Assembly (NCBI RefSeq): GCF_902652985.1
Contig: NC_047018.1
Location: 48,236,001-48,300,000 of the forward strand
DNA from: Pecten maximus
Taxonomy: Eukaryota
Direction: 5' to 3'
Length of the DNA: 64,000 nucleotides
Below the pieces are notes generated by a model. The model saw nothing but the letters and a program-made list of their open reading frames with translations, was not told the DNA's origin and did not search any database. Shown here one piece after another: positions 1 through 14,089 of the stretch; position 1 is the stretch's first letter; each line of letters begins with the position of its first letter. The translations under genes were made by a program, and so were the position numbers.

Positions 1-573
1 TTCTTCATTTGATTTTCTACAATAACAATTAATAACAGGCCTATGGGCCTAAACTGTCACATGGCCAGTTAGAAATCATGGCAATACAGTCAAACCTGTC
101 TACCTCCCAAGGGGAGTCAGAAAAACGGTTACTATAGACAGGTTGCCTTTATAGACACATTATTATCACACCATCCAGTTTAAGTGAAACTGCCATAAAT
201 AACTTATCATTGAACAAGACATTTAGTAGATATTACTATATTACTAAATAATTATTTAATTATGTTTGTGTTGTAACTAATTATTTTGTGACATAAACTA
301 ACTTCTTAAAACCAAAAGATTTTTTTTCTGACCCAAATTGAAATCTGGATATTTGTGGCAGTTTACGACTTTTTATTAGTATTGACTGATTAAAGATGGT
401 GGCAGTACAAACGCTAGTACCGACAGCTACGATTAAGAAAGGCTTTCATGTGATAGATATGACCAGTGTTTATTATTGAAGTGTTACTGTTACGGTCAAT
501 TTTCTTTAAATATATGCTTACGATGCAGTGTGAAAGTTATCAAGTTCAATCGCAGTGTCATCGGTCATCTTAC

Positions 574-3500
574 CTGTAATTTTGTGAAATGTTTCTCAAT
601 TTCTTTTGTCAAGGGGTTCTTGTCCGTTGCTACATATATTTGATGAATACCAGAGATTTTAACAACTTTTTCCAACAACCTGAAAAATATACAATTTAAT
701 GAGAATCAAATTATATCATCAATTGTTATCATAACATATGGCTATACCTTCTCTTAGCTAATATACATGTACTTGTAATATTGTGGATTTCTCTTATTGT
801 AATATTCAGCTTTCCAGAGGAAAATAATCAGGATATTATAATGTTTGTTTGTTTGTGTTGGTTTAACATCCTATCAAGTTTGGTTTGGTTTGTTTGTTTT
901 TGCTTAACGTCCTATTAACAGCCAGGGTCATTTAAGGACGTGCCAGGATTTGGAGGTGGAGGAAAGCCGGAGTACCAGGAGAAAAACCATCGGCCTACAG
1001 TCAGTACCTGACAACTGCCCCACGTAGGTTTCGAACTCGCAACCCATAGGTGGAGGGCTAGTGTTAAAGTGTCGGGACACCTAAACCACTCAGCCACCGT
1101 GGCCCCCCTATAATTACCGAGCAAGCAATTATTATACCTCTTGAACCTGAAGTTGGGCCTATTAAGATCATAGGACTAATAAGTGAAGAAAGAGATTAAA
1201 AACACGGAAATACAATTATACAAAAAATATGAAACAACTGCTATAAAAAAAATATCGAATTAATTCATCATTAATTGATATAAATGTTGATTCATTTGTA
1301 TTACATCGTCAAAATCACGGCATGATGTCTATTACTCACACTGTAGATCTCTGTCAGAAATTATCTTAAACTGGAGTCGGAGAATTATTCAGTTGAATTG
1401 ATCAATATTGAATTTAAATAATAAATCATTTATCAAGATTTGTGAAATTTCCGATCAAAACGTTAATTTTATTACCTTCTTGTTTCATATATTGTCATTC
1501 AATAAAACAGATATGTCACACATACAATGAACATTTGTTTTTTTATTTGCAGGGTTTTTAACACCAGGTAAACATCCACTGGGGGTCGATTTGAGTCCCT
1601 TTGTTGCATACCATCCAGAGTAATTAGGGTAAAGTGTCTTGCCAAAGGACACAACACAACTACGACATTACAGACTGGCCCGTTTCTCAGCTTTCCGAGA
1701 AACTCAAACCGACATGGGTAGGAAGCTTCGAACCACACAGACCTTCACCCGAGGTTACATGGCTGGCACTCTTATCGACTGAGCTACCAGGACCCCTTTT
1801 AGAACGGCTGGAACCTTTTGATTACAGACATTATCGTACACATAATTTATAATGTTTCGATATTTCATAAAACCTTTTGATTACAGATATTATCGTACAT
1901 AATTTATAATGTTTCGATATTTTGTATACAATATAATATTTTTACCATGTATACATGTATCTTTCATGTTTAGTTGTATAGGATGTTAAGTTTTAAAAAT
2001 GATTCCAACAAACAAACAGATGAATACAAGAGCCATTATCTGCTAGGGTCTTTATTCCTTACCAGGGCTCAAAGTGGATATTTTTACCAGGTTGCCTATT
2101 TGGCTACCAAGTCATACAATCTAGGCGCCAATTGGAAAAGTTAGTCGCCCGGCCAAGTTGTCTTACAATTAAAAAAAATGTTTTAATTCTTTAGTTCAGA
2201 ATTAACATCTCTGTAACTTTTTCCGATTGTGAACATCATTTTAACATTGACTGCAACCTTTGAAAGATTAACCAAATTGCAAATGTACATGTACACGATT
2301 TTTTAGTGGCCATGCAGGTGCCTTATAGGTTAATAACTGGTCACAAATGGTGAATTTAAGGCGCCATGGCCAATAAATAGGCACCACTTTGAGCCCTGCT
2401 TACTCGTTTGTCATAAGACTTTCTTGTCTCATTTAATTTTTGGAAGGCAATAATATCTGATAGGTCATCTTTGCTAGCCAAGAGTTATGATCTGCCTCTT
2501 CAGTACACGGATCAGAACCCTTGACAAGCGAAGATGGTGGTAGGTGGGTTGGTAGAGAAATGTTCTGGCTAAACAACAAAAATCTTGTTTTAGTACAAAT
2601 TTTTAAATCACTTTAATTAGTAATATGGGCCATTATTAGCTGGGAAAGCCTAAAGAAGAAAATACTGTATTTGCTCTCCTACTTATTTTGTTTGGGATAT
2701 CAAAAGGCAAATCATTATCTCCAATACTTACCTGAATATTTCAGAATCAGAAGGAAAGCACATCTCCGCAGAAATCTTGTTTTTCCCTTCATAGCCGAGA
2801 CACTGAGGTGACGCCATGAACTTACTTTCACCCTCTACGTTCTTGCAAGCATTTTTCTGAAAAAGAAACAAATTAAAGATTATGGATTAACTTAAATAAT
2901 TCTTTAAGATACAGCATTATAAATCAAAAGTAAATTATGAACAAAAATGGTTTTCGTTTTCAAAAAGAGAAATTATTTTGATGACTCTATAGTTACATTG
3001 TGGAACAAATTTCCTGTTGCAAATCATACCCAGTCTACACCATTGCGAAGATGAATCCCGATAAATCGTTCTTGTTCAAACATCTTTGCGATGTGACTTT
3101 GGACCTCGTCCTCTATTGTAGACGACCACCTGAGGTATTTCTGAAGAGGGACTGTGTCCTCTGCCATGGGATAAGGGGCTGGAGCTCCTTTAAGGGCCAC
3201 AACAGGTTCCTCATCAGCCGGAAACCTAAAGAAAGTTAACAGTATTCAAATTAACATGATTTTCTAGTGGCATGATGTCAGAAACTCTTCAATAAGGGAC
3301 ATTCCTCACAATTACTTGAAATCATACCTGACAATTCTCCATTGAATTTTGCTTGTTCCAATAAATCTAATATCAAATCAAAAAATTGTTTTTGACTCAT
3401 CTAATGTTATCATTATAGCGACATTCCTTCATTCAGACATCAGAAACATGCACAATTGTTATTGATGAAATCTATATCCGAACGATGATTATATGAGTGT

Positions 3501-6500
3501 TTGTGCCTACAAGTAATGAAATAATGCTGAAATGTACAGGGTAAAGGCGTATCGTATTCAAATACCTAATTATGTATTTGCCATAATTAGTAATACTTCA
3601 GGTCGAATTAAGAATTTTTAGGTTTATCTTGAGAGTAAAACTGCCTTATTACCTAATGTAAAGATTATAACTTTTCCTATTTGGAAAAATGATAATTTTC
3701 CAGTAAGTTTAATTTTGGCGACCTAAACTTTATTCAAACAAAGGAATGCCCCTTTCATACTGAGTTGATTACAGTACGTGAGGCTATGATAAGTCTACAT
3801 AAAAAAATGACTAAATTAAGGTAACATATTTCCCGGCTGTGTGAGGTACCACCGGGTATACTGATCGACAATTTGTAGTTTTGCCCGAATGACAGATGTG
3901 TAAATCTGTCAATATATCTAACCAAAATTTGTTTCAACACTATAAGAATGTTTCTTTTTCAAGAGGTTTTACACCTGGTAATCTATATGCTGAATTAGAA
4001 TTGTTGCAAAAGCTGTCTTTCATAATTCGAAGTGATTTACATTGTATTGTTTAGCAGAATCAATCGACATCCAATATCATCAATCAACTAGCAGTCTATA
4101 TAATATGAAGGTTTCTGTTTTATTGGCCAAAAATGATTTGGCTGTGACCTTGAAATTGGGCCAAGGTTATTTCTTCTTACAAATTAATTGTATAACATCC
4201 CAGGAACCTTCCAACCAAACGTTTTGATTCTGAGACTTTTGGTTAATCAAAAGTAGGTGTTTTAAAATTTTACTTTGGCTGACACAGTGTAGATCTATAC
4301 ATGTTGTATGCAGTAATGACATTATTAAATAAACATTTACCGTTTCCTCCAGCCGATATGGTCAGTATACATTACATGGTAGGAGACACTGCGGTCAAAA
4401 TATACTCCAAGGCCATCCCAGAACGGCCCGAATGGATTCCCTGTTACAGTAAAACAATAATATAAGTCAGTTTACATGTAAAAACATTCAATATTTTTCT
4501 GTAATGCGGTAGAAATATATATTTCTAATTTGTATACATCTGTTGTGTAAATTAGTCTATTCTGTAAATCACTGTAAACTTGCAAACTTACTACTGTGGA
4601 AACTACAGAAGTTATTAGAAAAAGAAAGTTTATCAACTGTTCTGTAATTTTCTGTGTATTGCCTGCTTCCTTAGATTGCTGCACAAGCCAAAATAATGGC
4701 TTTATAATTCAAAGCGCTCCAGGCTATTGTCCGTGGGTTGTTTGCTACATAAAAGAGTACAAGTTCTCACCATCAGGGGAATCCCTAGCTGTATAACATA
4801 TTTACCTCTCACAGATAAGACCTGTATTGCCTTGGCATATGCAAAGTGTTAATAAACGTATTCCTACTGTAGATCTACATGTTGGTTTTACTTGATATCG
4901 CCACACACAGGTAAATGTACCTTTCATATTTCGGACGTAAACATCAATGTCAGCACCTGGTAGTACACCAGGGAAATACAGAAAGTTAAATTGGATTTGA
5001 CAAGTATCGTATAGCCATCAGTTTTTATGGGTTTTTTTTTTTTTTTAATATTTTGTCAGATAGCAGGCTTCATCAGATAGCCCACAGAAGGCATTTTTTA
5101 ATGTTTTAAATTGTACAGCCTCTGCGCATTACACGAGAAATGACAGTCATGCTCCATTATACTCCTATCAGAATATCTCCACTAACTTTATACAAATCCT
5201 TTCAAAACAAGCATTCTGAGAGTCTTGCTAAAGTAATTACATGTCCCCTACCGTCTAAAAATAGTAACCTTGACCTTGACCCAAATACACTGAAACTCGA
5301 TTTTTGATCTGTAGCTACTCATACTGAAGTTACATATCAACTTTCACCAACATACCCAGGGCTCAAAGTGGCGCCTATTTTAGTGGCCATGGCGCCTTAA
5401 ATTCACCATTGGCGACCAGTTATTGACCTATAAGGCGCCTGCATGGCCACCAAAAAAATTGTGTAAATTTGCGATTTGGTTAATCTGTCAAAGGTTGTAA
5501 TCAATGCTTAAATGATGTTCTCAATTGAAAAAGTTACAGAGAGATATTACATGTACACTGAACAAAAGAATTAAAAGACTTTTTTATAAGATGTAAGACA
5601 ACTTGGCCGGGACTAACTTTTCCAATTAGCGCCTAGATTGTACGATTTGGTAGCCAAATAGGCCACCTTGTAAAAATATCCACTCTGAACCCTGATACCT
5701 TGAAGCATGACTGAGAAAAGTGTGGAAAACTGAGTATAGACGGACTGACAGATGGATGGATGGAGAGGAAACCTATCATCCCCCCCTCCGACCCCGGTAG
5801 GGGACTAATAACAAAATAATAATTATAATAATTAGGAATTCATTTTTACACCTATTCAGTTCCCCTCCTGTTTGTGAACGTACCTTCTTTCATCTTACAG
5901 GGGACACTGGACCCTTGGTAACCAAAGCAGTACCCCGTTCTGTTCCCTTGGGGCCAGTACTTAGGGGCCAGCTTCTCCATAAAGTCCTCGGCTGTGATCA
6001 CTCTGTGATACTCTCCGACAGAAGTCACATCAAACCATTCATTAAAGGGCACATTTTTCTAAACGGAAAAGAGTTCAATAATTGCTTAATATGTGTTTCG
6101 ATAACAATGATGAGCATCAAATGAATATATTTGGGGAATCACGTTTCTTTTTCTAACTGTTTTGGTTTATTTTGTTTAATTATAACCTCCTATTAACAGC
6201 CAGGGTCATTTAAGGACGTGCCAGGTTATGGAGGTGGAGGAAAGCCAGAGTACCCGGAGAAAACCACCAGCCTATGGTCAGTACCAGGCAACTGCCCCAT
6301 GTAGGTTTCGAACTCGCGACCCAGAGGTGGAGGGCTAGTGATAAAGTGTTGGGACACCTTAACCACTCGGCCACCGCAGCCCCTTTCTTTTTATGAACAC
6401 AGTACAGTAAATACTGACATTTATATAGATTCATTGGTTACAAGTGGGTCTTATCCATTACAATAGAAAGACAAACGTATCTACAGTGTACGTATAATAC

Positions 6501-9500
6501 TTCGAATCATACTGCAAGGGGCAGATGCATATATGAGAGTCAGGATTCCTTCTTATGCAAAATTTCTCCGACCTGAACTGGGGCCGCAGGTCTGAGAATG
6601 CTTTTCAGTTTTCAATACTCCGAAAAGCAAGTGAAATAATTACGCAATATAACAACAAAATTACCGAACAAAACTGAAATAAGCAAATTAAATATCAAGT
6701 TTGTGAAGCTTTTACAACTGGAAATCGAGTTTCTACCCCTTGAAAGACTGCAGTCATTAATTGGTACTACAGCAGGAAACTACTGTACTCTATATTTTAA
6801 CAGCAAAAAAGTCCTGCTCATATATAAGCCCCCACCATTTCATCTTTACAGAATCATCGATCCCCTCCCCAAACTTTAATAATAAACTTTTACACTAGGC
6901 GAGGGGGGAGGGGTATTGAGGATTAATACAATTCTACACTTTTCCACTAGGGGAGGGGGCTTATTTGATGACAAATACAGTACTAAACTTTTACAGTAGG
7001 GGAGAGGGGCTTATTTGAGGATAAATATGGTACTAAACTTTTACACTAGGGGAGGGGCTTATTTGAGGACAAATACAGTACACTAGGGGAGGGGGGCTTA
7101 TTTGAGGACAAATACTGTACTAAACTTGTACACTAGGGAAGGGGGGGGGCTTATTTCAGGATGATAACAGTGCTTACCCTGTTATTGCTGGATATATACA
7201 TGTCCTTATAAGATAGTATTTACAGGACTGATGCATTTACTTACATATGTCCGCCATGGAGGAAGAATTAAGGTCCGGTCCACAGCTTTAGCGAATGCCA
7301 GACCACCTAAAAAATGTTCTGCTTGGTTCCCAAACCGACCTTTTGAAGATGTCAAACAATTTATATATAAACATATACAAATAGGAAATCAACAGACATT
7401 CACAGAGCTAAAGACCCTGAATAATAATAAGCTGTACTTGATACATTAGCTTATCATTCAAAGCATGGTAGTTAACCTTAACATATCCCAAGTGAGACAG
7501 TTAACCTTACACAGAACATAGTCATATCCCAAGTGAGACAGTTAACCTTACACAGAACATATCCCCAGTGAGACAGTTAACCTTACACAGAACATATATC
7601 CCCAGTGAGACAGTTAACCTTACACAGAACATATCCCCAGTGAGACAGTTAACCTTACACAGAACATATCCCCAGTGAGACAGTTAACCTTACACAGAAC
7701 ATATATCCCCAGTGAGACAGTTAACCTTACACAGAACATATCCCCAGTGAGACAGTTAACCTTACACAGAACATATCCCCAGTGAGACACTTACACAGAA
7801 CATATCCCCAGTGAGACAGTTAACCTTACAAAGAACATATGAGACAGTTAACCTTACACAGAACATATCCCCAGTGAGACAGTTACACAGAACATATCCC
7901 CAGTGAGACAGTAACACAGAAAATATCCCTAGTGAGACAGTTAACCTGACACAGAACATATCCCCAGTGAGACAGTTAACCTTACACAGAACATATCCCC
8001 AGTGAGACACTTACACAGAACATATCCCCAGTGAGACACTTACACAGAACATATCCCCAGTGAGACATTACACAGAACATATCCCCAGTGAGACACTTAC
8101 ACAGAACATATCCCCAGTGAGACAGTTAACCTTACAAAGAACATATCCCCAGTGAGACATTACACAGAACATTTCTCCAGTGAGACACTTACAAAGAACA
8201 TATCCCCAGTGAGACAGTTAACCTTACACAGAACATATCCCCAGTGAGACTGTTAACCTTACACAGAACATATTCCCAGTGAGACACTTACACAGAACAT
8301 ATCCCCAGCGAGACAGTTAACCTTACACAGAACATATCCCCAGTGAGACATTACACAGAACATATCCCCAGTGAGACAGTTAACCTTACAAAGAACATAT
8401 CCCCAGTGAGACAGTTAACCTTACACAGAACATATCCCCAGTGAGACAGTTAACCTTACACAAAACATATCCCCAGTGAGACAGTTAACCTTACACAGAA
8501 CATATCCCCAGTGAGACACTTACACAGAACATATCCCCAGTGAGACACTTACACAGAACATATCCCCAGTGAGACATTACACAGAACATATCCCCAGTGA
8601 GACAGTTAACCTTACACAGGACATATCCCCAGTGAGACAGTTAACCTTACACAGGACATATCCCCAGTGAGACACTTACACAGGACATATCCCCAGTGAG
8701 ACATTACACAAAACATATCCCCAGTGAGACATTACACAGAACATATCACCAGTGAGACACTTACACAGAACATTTCCCCAGTGAGACAGTTAACCTTACA
8801 CAAAACATATCCCCAGTGAGACATTACACAGAACATATCCCCAGTGAGACAGTAACACAGAAAATATCCCTAGTGAGACAGTTAACCTTACACAGAACAT
8901 ATCCCCAGTGAGACAGTTAACCTTACACAGAACATATCCCCAGTGAGACAGTTAACCTTACACAGAACATATTCCCAGTGAGACAGTTACACAGAACATA
9001 TCCCCAGTGAGACAGTTAACCTTACACAGAACATATCCCCAGTGAGACAGTTAACCTTACATAGAACATATTCCCAGTGAGACAGTTACACAGAACATAT
9101 CCCCAGTGAGACAGTTAACCTTACACAGAACATATATCCCCAGTGAGACAGTTAACCTTACACAGAACATATCCCCAGTGAGACAGTTAACCTTACACAG
9201 AACATATATCCCCAGTGAGACAGTTAACCTTACACAGAACATATCCCCAGTGAGACAGTTAACCTTACACAGAACATATCCCCAGTGAGACACTTACACA
9301 GAACATATCCCCAGTGAGACAGTTAACCTTACAAAGAACATATGAGACAGTTAACCTTACACAGAACATATCCCCAGTGAGACAGTTACACAGAACATAT
9401 CCCCAGTGAGACAGTAACACAGAAAATATCCCTAGTGAGACAGTTAACCTGACACAGAACATATCCCCAGTGAGACAGTTAACCTTACACAGAACATATC

Positions 9501-10925
9501 CCCAGTGAGACACTTACACAGAACATATCCCCAGTGAGACACTTACACAGAACATATCCCCAGTGAGACATTACACAGAACATATCCCCAGTGAGACACT
9601 TACACAGAACATATCCCCAGTGAGACAGTTAACCTTACAAAGAACATATCCCCAGTGAGACATTACACAGAACATTTCTCCAGTGAGACACTTACAAAGA
9701 ACATATCCCCAGTGAGACAGTTAACCTTACACAGAACATATCCCCAGTGAGACTGTTAACCTTACACAGAACATATTCCCAGTGAGACACTTACACAGAA
9801 CATATCCCCAGCGAGACAGTTAACCTTACACAGAACATATCCCCAGTGAGACATTACACAGAACATATCCCCAGTGAGACAGTTAACCTTACAAAGAACA
9901 TATCCCCAGTGAGACAGTTAACCTTACACAGAACATATCCCCAGTGAGACAGTTAACCTTACACAAAACATATCCCCAGTGAGACAGTTAACCTTACACA
10001 GAACATATCCCCAGTGAGACACTTACACAGAACATATCCCCAGTGAGACACTTACACAGAACATATCCCCAGTGAGACATTACACAGAACATATCCCCAG
10101 TGAGACAGTTAACCTTACACAGGACATATCCCCAGTGAGACAGTTAACCTTACACAGGACATATCCCCAGTGAGACACTTACACAGGACATATCCCCAGT
10201 GAGACATTACACAAAACATATCCCCAGTGAGACATTACACAGAACATATCCCCAGTGAGACACTTACACAGAACATTTCCCCAGTGAGACAGTTAACCTT
10301 ACACAAAACATATCCCCAGTGAGACATTACACAGAACATATCCCCAGTGAGACAGTAACACAGAAAATATCCCTAGTGAGACAGTTAACCTTACACAGAA
10401 CATATCCCCAGTGAGACAGTTAACCTTACACAGAACATATCCCCAGTGAGACAGTTAACCTTACACAGAACATATTCCCAGTGAGACAGTTACACAGAAC
10501 ATATCCCCAGTGAGACAGTTAACCTTACACAGAACATATCCCCAGTGAGACAGTTAACCTTACACAGAACATATTCCCAGTGAGACAGTTACACAGAACA
10601 TATCCCCAGTGAGACAGTTAACCTTACATAGAACATATCCCCAGTGAGACAGTTAACCATGATATAACAATTTTATTCAAGCAGCAATGCCCTATTATAG
10701 TACATTTTGACATATTCAACAAGTGCAATTCATCATCATTATTATATATACATTTTTGTACTTACCCATACACAGACAAAACAGAATGTAGCCTCTTTCA
10801 TCCCATTCAAGGTCATGAGGTGCTACCCTTGACCCATCAGGTGAAAGGTCATCAGTTGACCCCACTACAGTGAGCAATGCAAGCAACTGGACTAAAATAA
10901 CGCTGATACAGAGAAAACAAACCAT
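574..10925 (-). CDS. POFUT1: GDP-fucose protein O-fucosyltransferase 1, 7 coding exons (10925-10766, 7339-7245, 6058-5884, 4440-4341, 3225-3030, 2856-2732, 679-574); 3' exon(s) lie left of the window
   Basis: Manual splicing with GT-AG junctions and matching phases gives a signal peptide followed by [89 protein letters not shown] and IYVATD, all characteristic POFUT1 (GT65) motifs. Confidence 0.95.
843..1107 (-). mobile_element. tRNA-derived SINE with V-domain-like core, copy 1
   Basis: Minus strand shows an A box (GGTGGCTGAGTGG), a B box (GAGTTCGAAACC), the core GGTACTCCGGCTTTCCTCC and an (AAAC)n tail; second copy at 6160-6383. Confidence 0.85.
1534..1796 (-). mobile_element. tRNA-derived SINE with CORE-like domain
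   Basis: Minus strand shows the head GGGGTCCTGGTAGCTCAGTCG, GGTTCGAAGC, CORE-like GTGTCCTTTGGCAAGACACTT and an A-rich tail. Confidence 0.7.
2063..2398. mobile_element. MITE with TIR CAGGGCTCAAAGTGG and 5-bp TSD CTTAC
   Basis: 15-bp TIRs; CTTAC on both flanks; inverted sister copy at 5357-5694. Confidence 0.88.
5207..5812. mobile_element. pearl/HINE-like non-autonomous (Helentron-type) element, interrupted by the MITE
   Basis: ACAAG start, ACCTTGACCTTGACC core, GACG/GATG microsatellite and short terminal hairpin followed by TAATAA. Confidence 0.6.
5357..5694. mobile_element. MITE, same family as 2063-2398 in opposite orientation, 5-bp TSD ATACC
   Basis: CAGGGCTCAAAGTGG...CCACTCTGAACCCTG, flanked by ATACC on both sides. 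Confidence 0.88.
6160..6383 (-). mobile_element. tRNA-derived SINE with V-domain-like core, copy 2
   Basis: Closely similar to 843-1107 over about 200 bp. Confidence 0.85.
6884..7172. repeat. Minisatellite of about 45-bp units (TACTAAACTTTTACACTAGGGGAGGGGCTTATTTGAGGACAAATACAG)
   Basis: About 6 degenerate tandem units visible. Confidence 0.8.
7470..10658. repeat. Intronic minisatellite with a 35-bp unit (ACACAGAACATATCCCCAGTGAGACAGTTAACCTT), 28/29-bp variants and a 1503-bp higher-order duplication
   Basis: Direct tandem array; identical spurious ORFs at 7762 and 9265 and rare unit variants recur at an offset of 1503. Confidence 0.97.
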
Positions 10926-12733
10926 GTCTCCAATGGATGATTATCTACAAGTAAACAAAGAAATCAATCAGAGATACAGGAAAATATGTGGAAATGAGAA
11001 ACAAACTTTGAAGCTTTTTTCTTTTGATTTTATGGCAACATACTTCCGAAAAAATTCCTTACCTGTATCATACTAATACAAAAAACTGGTAGACCAAACA
11101 TGCTCATATTTAGACCCGACTTTGACAAATTAAAGCTGCTCTTTTTGTGAAATTATTGATGTTTTCTTGTTTTTTTGTTATTATTAACCATACAGATGAT
11201 TAATTACTTATTTTTTTTGGGGTGTGGATTTGGGGCCGAATACAGGCCCCTTCCCCTAAAGAAAATTTGCTGTATTTTCCCAATTTTTAGCTCATATTTT
11301 CCCTTGTTTGTTAATAAATATGAAGAAATATTGATCATATAACATTTAACATAATATTTTCACAAGCCAATGCTATAGTTGATTGATTATAGCTATATTA
11401 TGCTTATTCAAAATGATATTTAACCATTGACTTGATGATTATTTTTGAGCTTGAAAGAAAGTACATTTTTGCTGAAATTAAAAAGATATGGCTATATTTT
11501 CCCAATGGAAAAGGTACAGCCCCCTGTATAATTAGGTTAAGAAAATCACTGAGTTATGTCTAAATTTTTGGTCCAAGATTTGGAGAATTGCATTGCTCTA
11601 TAGATACTGAAATTAACACCTGAAATCAATATCAGGCCTTATAATTGAGCATATAAATGAACATATAGAAAAACATGCAGTAAACCTTCCATTGCAGCAG
11701 AAAATCTTGTAATAATCTTGTAATAAACATATATATGCATCGCGGACATTATGAAATACAAACCTAGAACAGCTTGATAGCTGATACTCTATACCAGGCA
11801 AGTGGACAATTTGTGATGAAAAGAAATTGCACAGGGCACTTCAACCACTACAGTATCGTAAAGCGTTTTTTTGATAAAAATTTTACGGTTGATGAAGTGT
11901 TTCCCTCTGGCTCTTCGTGCCTCAGTGTTTATTTAGACGAATAAATGTTTAATGCTCTTTAATTTCAATTACTGACATATTACTTTATATATATGTATAT
12001 ATACATATAAAAAATGAACAATTTATTATAAAAAATTAACAATTTATTATAAAAAAATTAATAATTTATTATAAAAAATAAACAATTATAACAAAAAAAT
12101 TATTATGTATTATCATGTCTTCTGACTACAAAAAAATAACATGTGATCAAAAGATTAAAAACTCTGACAGATCTATTAGGTCTACTTTCAGGTATAAAGG
12201 TGATGCAAACTATTTCATTTTTGTAATTTTTGTTGATTTATAAAATTTATAATCAATCTTAACTATTTTACAATATTAATGCACTTTATTTTAAATTCTT
12301 AAAATCTTAAAACAAAAACAAGCATAATAATCAACAGCTATTGATCAGTTACAAAAGTTCCGTATATTAATGTCAAATGTCAACCATGACTAGTAGAAGA
12401 TAGTATATATTTGACTGAGTCATGGACCTTTGCTTTGATGTTTTAAGGTCGTCAGGAAAATCTAGGGTTTCAAGCTAAGGTGCAGTGGAGAGGAAATAAA
12501 AACTTTTTTTCATCTAACTTAATTTTGTTTAGACTGATATCATGAGTCCCTAAGGGTGATAGAGCCACATGTAGGCCTATTAATATACATATATATACTT
12601 GTATGATGTCACCATGCCAACCACTTAGAGGGGACACAAGCACATGCATGCATGACTCATAAGTGTCATTTCCTACACAAAGGGCCTGGATTTTTATAAA
12701 GCACTTTTCGTTTTTGAAGTTTGATAAACATAG

Positions 12734-12749
12734 ATGATGCTGATGATGC

Positions 12750-12788
<39 letters not shown>

Positions 12789-12808
12789 CGATGATGATGA
12801 TGATGATG
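12734..12808. repeat. (GAT)n microsatellite
   Basis: About 25 near-perfect GAT units. Confidence 0.95.
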
Positions 12809-12899
12809 AAACATACACACCACCAAGTACTCACAGCACAGGGATGTCTAGTCTTATAGTATCAAAACAAGTCTAAGATACATGTACAATATATATGCA

Positions 12900-13290
12900 T
12901 ATATCATTTTTTTCGGCATAGCCATATAATATTATTCTTTTGGCCCCAGATATGACGTGACAGGTGGCGTTACTGGTCAAGATGAAGTACATGTATAGGC
13001 AAGATGAAGTACATGTATGTGATAGGTCAAGTGTAGCAGTAAATGCAAAATACAGAGATGCAGTTAGAAACGAAACAAAATTAAGATTCAATTCAAGGTG
13101 AATAAACGATGTATCTTTTCAAATGACATATTAATAGAATTATGTTCCTGATTCAAATGCACTGTGCAGTCTTAATTATTATCACCAAAAATGATTCAAA
13201 CTGATATAATTTTGTTATCCGTGCTGAAATGCATCATTTCGTTAATTTATTTCACCAGCAGTTTTACATTATAACCACCAGCATTAATAC
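12900..13290. repeat. Dispersed repeat; inverted homologue at about 44700-45955
   Basis: Shared blocks such as GGCATAGCC...GACAGGTGGCGTTACTG and ATTATCACCAAAAATGATTCAAACTGAT. Confidence 0.75.
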
Positions 13291-13446
13291 TTACTCCAAT
13301 AATATTTAGAGGTTTACACGACAGGAAACTTTTGACAGGCTGTCATGTAACAATATCCACCAATGTAATCAGGTGGAATAAGACCTCATATACATATAGG
13401 AGTACATTAATACTATGCTATTTCTTGTTATAATAAAAGATTACAT

Positions 13447-13525
13447 TAGCCCGAGTTTCCTCTGGCCATGAAATCATGTCTGGTGTAGACATGCATGGTG
13501 TCAGGGCCAGAGGAAACTCGGGCTA
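13447..13525. mobile_element. 79-bp fold-back MITE with 21-bp TIRs (TAGCCCGAGTTTCCTCTGGCC)
   Basis: Perfect inverted repeat; TAG...CTA termini as in Academ-type elements (superfamily is an inference); no clear TSD. Confidence 0.6.
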
Positions 13526-14089
13526 ACTAGACATATATGTCTCCGTGATCTGATCACAGGGACTTGAAAAAAATAAGACCTCATATACGTATAGGAGTAT
13601 AAGGAGTCACTGTAGGTTATGAGTCTGAGGGTATAAGCAGGCATATCAAGTTTGAACGATATAAGTGACGTGGTCCTATGTCTGAATCGATTATTTTCTT
13701 CATCCAATAACTGTATGCTAATCATCACCGAAATATAAACTTTATTTCATCTAATCCTAACGTAATTACATTTATACGAGGGGGTAGGCCTACCAGTGTT
13801 GTACATGGCGACTCATTTAGGGCCCATCAGGTCCGAACCCTTTTGTATTTTTCCGTTCAGTATTAATAATTCGTCAGCGCCTCTGTCTTCCATCACATAC
13901 CTTATATCAACACCATATACTTCAATCGTCTACCGACAGTCCGACATATTATTGAGCTCGTAGGCCCCTGTGTTGTTGTTGTTTCACACCAGCAACTTTC
14001 TCTTTCATCTTTGGCGCCGGGGCGTCTGCACGTCAGAGTTATTTCCCTTAGACCACAAAATATGAATGAATACACGACCGGTACGATGA

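Noticed and set aside
915-1124. Possible tRNA genes or small ORFs here and at 1499-1852 and 6210-6434
   Set aside because: These are tRNA-like heads of SINEs followed by core domains and simple-repeat tails, not full cloverleaf tRNAs or proteins
7762-9513. Cys-rich ORFs ([13 protein letters not shown]...) and a CRISPR-like look of the array
   Set aside because: These are translations of the intronic minisatellite; the units are contiguous with no unique spacers, and no cas genes are present
12470-12826. Poly-His ORF
   Set aside because: Produced by the (GAT)n microsatellite; no other coding signal
13900-14040. Candidate POFUT1 promoter or non-coding first exon
   Set aside because: The region is CpG-richer and a splice acceptor precedes the ATG exon, but no specific exon can be supported without transcript data
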